DNA of 64,000 bases from an uncultured cyanobacterium (GTDB taxonomy: Bacteria; Cyanobacteriota; Cyanobacteriia; Cyanobacteriales; CAWCAG01). Positions within the stretch are counted from its first letter, which is position 1, and each line of letters starts with the position of its first letter. The notes beneath the pieces are model-generated. The model was given only the letters and a program-made list of their open reading frames with translations. It was not told the DNA's origin and did not search any database. A program made the position numbers and the translations under genes. Where the stretch lies: the NCBI GenBank assembly GCA_963803805.1, contig CAWDOD010000002.1, positions 256,001 through 320,000 of the forward strand, read 5' to 3'. Shown piece after piece: positions 40,199 through 48,400 of this stretch.

Positions 40199-40894
40199 AT
40201 GATGACTACTGCAACCCAGTCAATCTCAATTTTGTTAGTGGATGACCAACCTCTATTCCGCCAGGGGCTGCGTACTTTGCTAAATTTTTATGGCGAAAGT
40301 GGTTCTTTGCAATTTAATATTGTTGGTGAAGGGGCTACGGTAGAACAAGCTGTTAAACTTACGGTGCAACAAAATCCTTCCTTGATATTATTAGATTTAG
40401 AATTAGCTCATGGTAGCGGTATTCATGCCCTGCTACGTTTAAGAGAGTTATCCTATAAAGGAAGAGTATTAGTTCTTTCTGCCCACAGGGAAGACGAATG
40501 GGTCTTTAAAGCTATGCAAGCAGGAGCAAAAGGCTATGTATTTAAGGATTACCTAGCTAGTCAACTTTGTGAAGCAATTTCTACAGTAATGAGGGATGAG
40601 GTCTATTTAGCCCCAGAGGTAGCTACCAGCTTTTTTAGAATGTTTCACTTCTATGCAGGCAATTCTTTTAAAACGGCTTCCAACCTCAACTTAACTGAAA
40701 GAGAACAAGAAGTCCTACATTGGCTAGTGCAGGGTTCTTCAAATGACCAAATTGCCCGTAAACTGCACGTTACAGTAGCTACAGTCAAAGCTCATTTAAC
40801 TTCTATTTTTGATAAATTAAGTGTAAGAAGTCGAACCCAAGCAATTATTAAAGCGTTAAAACTAGGGCTAGTAGGGGCAACTATCGTACCCTAG
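40199..40894 (+). CDS. NarL/LuxR-family DNA-binding response regulator
   Basis: REC domain (LVDD, LLDL, SA, K) plus LTEREQEVL...TVKAHL HTH; likely start ATG 40199/40202 (ORF track begins at TTG 40130). Confidence 0.92.
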   Translation: MMTTATQSISILLVDDQPLFRQGLRTLLNFYGESGSLQFNIVGEGATVEQAVKLTVQQNPSLILLDLELAHGSGIHALLRLRELSYKGRVLVLSAHREDEWVFKAMQAGAKGYVFKDYLASQLCEAISTVMRDEVYLAPEVATSFFRMFHFYAGNSFKTASNLNLTEREQEVLHWLVQGSSNDQIARKLHVTVATVKAHLTSIFDKLSVRSRTQAIIKALKLGLVGATIVP

Positions 40895-41000
40895 TGCTTT
40901 GTCCTATATTTTAAGGAAGTGATGAAGAGAATAAAACTATTCCCTATTCCTTACTCTCTGGGCGAAGGCCCTTTGCCCCCACTCCCCACTCCCTTCTAAA

Positions 41001-42299
41001 ATGAGTAATTATCTAGCAATTGCCACCGTAACTGCTGTTTTACAGAGAACCTTAATCAAGGCAATAGAAGCAGATATAGAGGGTGTAAGAGTAACTACCA
41101 ACCGTCCTGATAACCCTGGCGGTGGCATACCAGAAACCAGAGTTAATCTTTATCTTTATCAAGCCGAACTCAATGAAGTGTGGCGCAATAGTGCCAACAT
41201 GAGAGCAAACCGTAATCGTCAAGGAGAGTCTGCTAAGCAAAATCGTACCGCTTTCGATCTGCACTATATGATTAGCTTTTACGGTAACGATGCGGAATTA
41301 AAGCCCCAGCGTCTTATGGGAAGTGCAATACAAGCTCTTACAGATAAACCCATTATTACCACAGACATGATCAAAGGTGCTACTGATGATTCTAGCTTTG
41401 CTTATTTAGCGGAAAATACTCTCATTGAACAGGTAGAACAAATCAAATTTATACCCTTAGATTTATCGGTAGAGGATTTATCTAAAATTTGGTCAATATT
41501 TTTTCAAACTCCCTATACTTTATCTATTGCCTATCGTGTTACGGCAGTAGTTATTGAAGGACATAAACCTGCTCAAAAATCTTTGCCTGTTACAGACCGC
41601 AGTACTGGGGGCATAGCACCTTTTCCTAACCAGCCTATTATTGAAAGTATCGAATCAGAAGTCGGTAGATTTGAACCAATTTTAGCAAGTAGTATCTTAA
41701 CGATTAAAGGACAAAATTTGCAAGGTCAAATCACTCAGGTTTTAGTGGGGAATTTTGAAGCGACACCAACAGAGGTAAATGACACTGAAGTAAAATTTGA
41801 TCTTGGTTTCTTACCTAGCCCCGCTTTAAAAGTAGGAGTACAGAGTTTGCAAATAATTCATCGTTTTAACCCTGGTCAAGTTCCCCAAATTATTACTCCT
41901 CAAACTAAGTCTATGACTGTTGTAGAGTCTAATGTCATGCCTTTTGTAGTACGTCCTAGTATCAAAGAAATTAAGGTAGAAAATTTACAAGGTCGTCGTG
42001 ATGAATCCCGTTCTGGAGATTTAGTTATTCAAACCGATGTCTCCATTGCTAAAGAACAGCGCATACTTATATCTCTAAATGAGTGGTCAACCGATGATCC
42101 AGCAACTTATATGTTTAAAAGTCCCCACTCTCGTTCTGGAGATACTCAAACTATCACTGTGCCAATTAATCAAGTTCAAGCAGGACAATATTTAGTTCGC
42201 CTCCATGTTGATGGGGCAGAAAGTCCTTTAGAAAGAGATACAGACCCCGATAGTCCTACCTTTAATTGGTATGTTAGACCTAAAGTTTTAATTGCTTAA
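41001..42299 (+). CDS. DUF4255/Pvc16-like CIS terminator (cap) protein with C-terminal Ig-like (IPT/TIG-like) domains
   Basis: MSNYLAIATVT, RVNLYLYQ, DLHYMISF, LSKIWS, SIAYRVTAVVIE; YLVRLHVDGAES C-terminal repeat. Confidence 0.85.
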   Translation: MSNYLAIATVTAVLQRTLIKAIEADIEGVRVTTNRPDNPGGGIPETRVNLYLYQAELNEVWRNSANMRANRNRQGESAKQNRTAFDLHYMISFYGNDAELKPQRLMGSAIQALTDKPIITTDMIKGATDDSSFAYLAENTLIEQVEQIKFIPLDLSVEDLSKIWSIFFQTPYTLSIAYRVTAVVIEGHKPAQKSLPVTDRSTGGIAPFPNQPIIESIESEVGRFEPILASSILTIKGQNLQGQITQVLVGNFEATPTEVNDTEVKFDLGFLPSPALKVGVQSLQIIHRFNPGQVPQIITPQTKSMTVVESNVMPFVVRPSIKEIKVENLQGRRDESRSGDLVIQTDVSIAKEQRILISLNEWSTDDPATYMFKSPHSRSGDTQTITVPINQVQAGQYLVRLHVDGAESPLERDTDPDSPTFNWYVRPKVLIA

Positions 42300-42323
42300 T
42301 CTTAAAAATCAAGGATAAGTATA

Positions 42324-42551
42324 ATGTACCGTATTAGAATTCCTGGTTTAGGTTTTATTCACAAACAATGGCAAGATGAAGAACCGAGGTTTTGCAGTGC
42401 TAAGACTAAAGCGAAAACTTGGAAAAGCCTGAAGGGAGCAATGGATTTTGGCAATCAAAAACTCACTCCTAAAGTTAAAATGGCTTGGGAGTTATGGCAA
42501 GAAGCTGATGAAGTATTAACTCCTGTATTTCGCCCTCGATCTGGTAAATAA
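42324..42551 (+). CDS. Small hypothetical protein
   Basis: 75-aa ORF with SD-like AAGGA; co-oriented with the Pvc16-like gene. Confidence 0.55.
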   Translation: MYRIRIPGLGFIHKQWQDEEPRFCSAKTKAKTWKSLKGAMDFGNQKLTPKVKMAWELWQEADEVLTPVFRPRSGK

Positions 42552-42613
42552 TCACGAGACGAGGAGCAAGATTGGTGAGAGTGATTTTTGTTAATTAAAA
42601 TAAGGTAAGAAAG

Positions 42614-42841
42614 ATGGAAGATCAAGATTTAAACGAACAAAAAGATGAGCAAGAGAAGGAAGAGGAGGTTCTTAGTTTAAATAAGTTAACTGAACTAGGT
42701 AATCAAGCTATCAGTCAGGGGCTGATTTTTGGCCATGGCTATCGGGGTGGTAAATATGAAATTCTCCGCCAAGGAGAAGTTCTGTTAATGACTCCCCAAG
42801 AAGCGGAAACTTATTTACAAGAGTTAATTGACAGCATCTAA
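42614..42841 (+). CDS. Small acidic hypothetical protein
   Basis: 75-aa ORF with AAGGA upstream; GHGY motif. Confidence 0.55.
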   Translation: MEDQDLNEQKDEQEKEEEVLSLNKLTELGNQAISQGLIFGHGYRGGKYEILRQGEVLLMTPQEAETYLQELIDSI

Positions 42842-42953
42842 CAAGCTGTTAGGCATTTAATTATTTTTTGATATTGACACCGGAGAATAGTATTCTGTCA
42901 ATTTCCAACTCGTTTTATTCTATAAAACAGGTAATAGCAAGCAGAGAAAAGTG

Positions 42954-43082
42954 ATGAATAGAGGAGACTTAACAGGCGAACAGTGGGATAGGTTAAAACC
43001 GCTACTCCTACCCCAAAAACCTTGAACAGGTAAGCCAAATAATGACCATAGAAGAGTGGTAAACGGGATTATGGGGAAATAG
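42954..43082 (+). pseudogene. IS5-family transposase N-terminal remnant
   Basis: Manual translation MNRGDLTGEQWDRLKPLLLPQKP*TGKPNNDHRRVVNGI; internal TGA at 43023-43025; truncated. Confidence 0.8.
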
Positions 43083-43174
43083 GGAATTAGGGAAATTTAG
43101 CAACTAGCAACTAGCAATTACCAATTGTTGAACTAGAATAGTTACATAAGCTTCCAACAGATATTCTGAGGATA

Positions 43175-43549
43175 GTGGGTAATATGAAAAGATTAGGTAC
43201 AGCGATTTTATATTTGGTAGGATTAAGCTTAAGTAGTTCTACGGCAATTGCTCAAGAATTAGAACCAGATTTGCCTCCTAACTCTACAACATTAGGAAAT
43301 GAACCTGTAAGAATTGAGCCAAGTTCTTTATCTCCAACTGAGTTTCCTCCTCAACTAAATACAGTATCTTTACAAGAAGGTATTTATTATGAAACTAATC
43401 CTGTTTTAGGAGGGATTCAATACGAAGTTATTCTTGAACAAGTAACTCTCGAAGATGGAAATTGGAGTCACGGCGTGTTTCTTGATGAAAATTACCTCCA
43501 ACAAGATATACAGGATCGTAATGGAGTCTTTTTTAAGAATCAATTTTAG
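43175..43549 (+). CDS. Hypothetical secreted protein
   Basis: Signal peptide ending AIA-Q; terminal Phe. Confidence 0.55.
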   Translation: MGNMKRLGTAILYLVGLSLSSSTAIAQELEPDLPPNSTTLGNEPVRIEPSSLSPTEFPPQLNTVSLQEGIYYETNPVLGGIQYEVILEQVTLEDGNWSHGVFLDENYLQQDIQDRNGVFFKNQF

Positions 43550-43564
43550 CTTAATGGCTAACGG

Positions 43565-45025
43565 CTAATTGCTAATAGTTTTCTTCCTGTCCTCTTTTAC
43601 CTCCTCTACTGGTAAGAAAACGCTAAAAGTAGTCTTTCCTGGTTGACTTTCTACTGAGATTTTACCTTGATGTTTATCAACAATCTTACGAACGATACTT
43701 AATCCTAAGCCACTACCTTCTCCTGGGCTTTTAGTGGTAAAGAACGGTTGAAAAATTTTCTCTTTTATTTCTGCTGGAATACCACAACCTGAATCAGTAA
43801 TTTTTACCACTATATAATTGTTTTGGGGCTGGACTTCTATACCTAACTTACCCTGATTTTTCATCCCTTGGATAGCATTGTAAATTAAATTGAGCCAAAC
43901 TTGTTTTATTTCATCGGGACAACAAAGTATTTTTGGAATAGTTTGGTAGCTTTTAGTTACCTCAATACCTTGCTTAAAACGAGTTTGTTGTAAATTCAAA
44001 ACTGCTTCTATACCTTCAGTTAAGTCAACTAGAAGTTTTGCGCTAGAATGTTCGTAATTAGCATAGGTTTTTAAAACAAACACTATTTTATTAGTTAACT
44101 CTGTTGCCTCTAAGATGGTTTTTGTATTGCGATATAAAGAGGTAATGTCATAAACAGTATTCAAAATTTGTTGGCAATTTTCTTCTTTTAAAAGGGGCAA
44201 AGTGAATTTCCACTCTTCATAAACACCTACACTAATTAAGATATTAGCTTTTAAGCTAGCATCCCTAATATTATGTGCTTTGAGTTGCTGAGTTAAAGAC
44301 TTCTTTAAACTGCGTTTTTCCCTAGAAGATAAGGAAAAAATATGGTTTTGTTGAGTCGCGATTTTTAATAAACTTAGAACTAGGACATGATATTGGGGAG
44401 GAAGTTCTTGGAAGAAGTCTGGTAATTGACTCAAGGTTTCTCTAAAAAAATAGAGGCTGTTTCCTGCTGAAGAACGAATTGCCGCTAGGGGGCTATTCAT
44501 TTCATGGGCAACTCCTGCTACTAATTGAGTTAAATGGCTTTCGCTTTCTTTTAACTGTTTAATTAGTTTAGCTTGTTGGCAATTTAATTGTTGTAATTGG
44601 GCATTCTGCTTTTCAAGTTGTTGAGATTGTAAATAGCTCTTGACTGCTTCTTTAATAGTCAAATTCAGGTCTTCAATTTGCCAAGGCTTAGCAATATAAC
44701 GATACAGTTGAGCTGAATTTATAGCATTAGTCACCCCTTCTATTTTTGCTTGGCCAGTGAGCATTATTTTGAGGGTTTGAGGTGAAACTTGATGAATTTT
44801 TTTTAAAACTTCATCCCCTTTTAAACCTGGCATAATATAGTCGGAGATTACTAGAGCAATTTCACAATTTTCTTCTAATAGTTCAGCCACTAAATCTAAT
44901 GCTTCTAACCCACCAATAGCAGTTTCAATTTCAAAATCATCTTCTAGTTCTTTTGATAGTTGTCTCCTTAAACTATCGAGAACAGTTTCTTCATCATCAA
45001 CGCACATAATAATAGGTTTATTCAT
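43565..45025 (-). CDS. Hybrid response regulator-histidine kinase
   Basis: N-terminal REC (VDDE, ISDYIMP, KPW); H-box VAHEMNSPL; HATPase (NAIQ, DSGCGI, FFTTK, GSGLGL). Confidence 0.92.
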   Translation of the reverse strand: MNKPIIMCVDDEETVLDSLRRQLSKELEDDFEIETAIGGLEALDLVAELLEENCEIALVISDYIMPGLKGDEVLKKIHQVSPQTLKIMLTGQAKIEGVTNAINSAQLYRYIAKPWQIEDLNLTIKEAVKSYLQSQQLEKQNAQLQQLNCQQAKLIKQLKESESHLTQLVAGVAHEMNSPLAAIRSSAGNSLYFFRETLSQLPDFFQELPPQYHVLVLSLLKIATQQNHIFSLSSREKRSLKKSLTQQLKAHNIRDASLKANILISVGVYEEWKFTLPLLKEENCQQILNTVYDITSLYRNTKTILEATELTNKIVFVLKTYANYEHSSAKLLVDLTEGIEAVLNLQQTRFKQGIEVTKSYQTIPKILCCPDEIKQVWLNLIYNAIQGMKNQGKLGIEVQPQNNYIVVKITDSGCGIPAEIKEKIFQPFFTTKSPGEGSGLGLSIVRKIVDKHQGKISVESQPGKTTFSVFLPVEEVKEDRKKTISN

Positions 45026-45417
45026 AATTGTTCTAATCCTGATTTAATACATTTAATTAGTTCTGCTTCACTCCAGGGCTTGTTTAAATAAGCATGAATA
45101 TGACCTTCTGTTTTAGCACGTTCAATAGCTTCTGGGTCAGCTTGTCCTGTTAATAGTATTTTGACTACTTGGGGGAACTTATCATGTACTGCTACCAAAA
45201 ATTCATCTCCTTTCATTCCTGGCATTAACCAATCAGAAACTATGACAATAATATTACTTCCTTCTGCTTGTAATTCTTCAATGATTTCTAAAGCTTCTTC
45301 AGCACTTTCTGAGGTTTCGTAAACATAGCGCTCACCGAATGCTCCTTGCAATTGTCGAAGGAGGCTGTTTAGGATAATTACTTCGTCGTCGATACATATA
45401 ATAGCTAGTTCTGACAT
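45022..45417 (-). CDS. Single-domain response regulator
   Basis: IDDE, SDWLMP, LTG, KPW. Confidence 0.92.
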   Translation of the reverse strand: MSELAIICIDDEVIILNSLLRQLQGAFGERYVYETSESAEEALEIIEELQAEGSNIIVIVSDWLMPGMKGDEFLVAVHDKFPQVVKILLTGQADPEAIERAKTEGHIHAYLNKPWSEAELIKCIKSGLEQL

Positions 45418-45454
45418 GATTGGATAAGGGGTAATGAAAAGTTATTTTATGGGG

Positions 45455-48400
45455 TTAAACTGGTAGGGAAACTGTGAAAGTGGTTTTTCCTGGTATAGAG
45501 GTAAAATCAATTTCTCCTTGATGCTTTTTAACAATCTTTTTAACAATATCTAAACCTAAACCACTTCCTTCTCCTGGAGGTTTTGTGGTGAAGAAAGGTT
45601 GGAATATTTTGCTTTGTATTTCTGTCGGTATGCCTTCACCACTATCTGTAATACTTACTTTAATTTGCTCCTCTTCTTGCCAAGCAGTAATGGTTAAAGT
45701 GCCTTTGTTACTCATTGCTTGAAAAGCATTATGAATTAAATTTGTCCAAACTTGATTGAGTTCATCAAAATAGCATTGAATTGGTGATATATGTTGATAA
45801 TCACAAACTAATTTTACCCCTTGTTTAAAATGATTTTGATACAAGGTTAAAACGGCATTAATGCCGTCAAGAATATTAATTGTTCTCTTCTCTCCACTTT
45901 GGTCATAATGGGCATAGGTTTTTAAAGCAAAAACTACTTTTGCTGCTCGATCAGAAGCTAAGTTAATATCTCTAGTACTTTGTTGTAAACGAGCAAACTG
46001 CCGCACAATCTTCAAAAAACCTTCACTGTCTGATTCTTTTAACACAGGGAAAAATGGTTCTATATTTGCATAAATTCCTAAATCAATAAATAAATTAGCT
46101 AAGTTACTCGCTTTGGCAATTTTCTCAGCTTCTAAAACACTGGTTACAGCCTTTCTTAACTTCCTCCTTTCCCTACCGGAAACCATCAGGGTATTTTCCT
46201 GAGAAAGTTGCAATAGAGTCAAAAAAGTTGCTTGTTGTTGCTCAGAAAGACTTTGGAAAAATTCTGGAAGTTGGGTTAATTGTTGCGCTAGAAAATCGCC
46301 AATATACTGCACCGAAGAACGAATAGCCCCCAAGGGAGTATTAATTTCGTGGGCAACACCAGCCACAAGCTGCCCCAAGGCTGCCATTTTCTCAGCTTGG
46401 ATTAATTCATCTTGGGTGGCTTCTAGTTCCCTTAAAGTTGTAGAAAGTTTTGCGGTGCGTTCAGCAACTTTTTGTTCTAGGTTGTTATAAAGTCGGGCAT
46501 TATCAATAGCGATGGCAGCTTCTCCTGAGAGGAGTTGTAATATCTGCAATCTCTCGGAGGTGAAGGCTCCTGTGGTAAGATTATTTTCTAAGTAAAGGAT
46601 GCCACTAAGTTTGCCTTGGTTAATTAAAGGGGTACAAAGGATCGATTTTGGTTGCTGGTTTTTGATGTAGGGATCATTGCTGAATTGAGCTTGTGCTATG
46701 GCATTGTCTAAAACCACATCTTTATGAGTGTGCCACACATAGTTGACAATGCTTCGTGCCAGGTTGGGATTATGTTTTAGGGAAATAGATTCAAGGATGC
46801 TTGCTTGTTGTTGATCAATTCTCTTGGCAGCTTCGATGAATAATCTGCCCTTAGTTTCCAAGATTAAATAACCGGTTTGCGCCCCAGCATTGGTAATCAG
46901 AATAACCATTAATTTTTCAAGCAACTTCGGTAAGACAATTTCCCCAGAAATAGCTTGAGAAGCCTGGAGGACAGCCCCTAAATCCAGTTGGCTTGTGAGA
47001 GTTTTGCTGGTAGTTGTGATGTTAGTATTGCTGATGTGACTGAGGGCAGGAGGTTTAGTTTGCAGTTGAGGATATTGTGTTTGCAAAGCTTGAACTTTTG
47101 CTGTTGCTCCCCATTTTAGATAGCAGTGGTAAGCTTCTTTGAGGTAATCTAGGGCTAGTCGAGGTTTGCCCCAATCAAAGTAGAATTTAGCTGCCAATTC
47201 ATTAGCCAGGGCTTCTTCATTAAGATACTGATTTTCTTTAGCTTGGGCAATAGCAAGGTCATAATAATCTATGGCTGCTGACTTATCCCCTACAACGTGA
47301 TACCTTTGGGCTTCTACCAAGGAAAATTTGTGCAAGAAGTTGCTAGGACAGCGATTCGCCCATTGCTCCATCTTCTCTTGGTTCACCTTAACTTGCCACA
47401 ATAACTCTTCTGATTGTGGTTGTGCTAATTGAATCAAAGCATCGTAGAAGTAAAATAAGGGAATACTGAGGGTTGCTGTCACTCCATCTAAATACTGCTT
47501 TGCTTTAGTGATGTTCTCTGCTGCCTGTTGATACTCCTCAAAAAGATAATGTAGGAAAGCTTTGTTAAAATACAAATAATAAAGAGCAGTTTTATCATTA
47601 GCTTCCTGGTGCAAGGGTAACATCTTAACTTCATCATAAGCTTCTCCCTGTAAAAGACAAGGCTGTTGGGATTGTCCCCGTAAATTCAAAACTACCTGGT
47701 AATAAACTTGGTGATAATTTAAGGCTGTTTCTTGTTTAAGTTGGGCGATCGCCTCACTATACTTAGCCATACCTGTTGCCAATGTCCCCAATTCCTCTCC
47801 TAAGAAAAATTTGTGCAGCCAGTACACCGCCGCACAATAAGCACCATATTCTACATCCCCCGTTTCCCAAGCACTCTTGTATGCCTCTTGTAAAGGTTGT
47901 AAGGTATTGCTAAGGGGTTCTCGCCAATGACAAAGAAAGCTATAAACTATTTGCATAGTTCTAGTTTTTACTTTTCTGGCATTGTCGCGTTCCAACAATC
48001 CTAAAGCAAGTTGCCCAAATTGATACCCCAATTCAAAATCTTCTTTAATGCCGCATAAAATTAGTCCGTAGGTAGCATAGGCGAAAGCAGACACCGCAGC
48101 ATTACCATACTTAATTGACAAGCTAACCTGGCGACAAACAATTAAGGGAAACATAGCCGGAACTGCTTGAAATGCCGCAGAAAAAACATTACCGAGAATT
48201 TTTATCGCTACTAGCTTTGCGGGATCTTTCATCTCCGGCAATTGCAGTAATTCCAAAGGTTGCTTACCTTGCAAGTCCACTTCTGCAAAAGCTTGTTGCA
48301 AGTCAGCTTCACCTGGTTGTTGAGGAAACTCAACTCCCAACTGCTTCAGAAAAACCAGGGCGGTTTGCCATGCTTCTAGCTGTTTGTTTTGCGCCATGGC

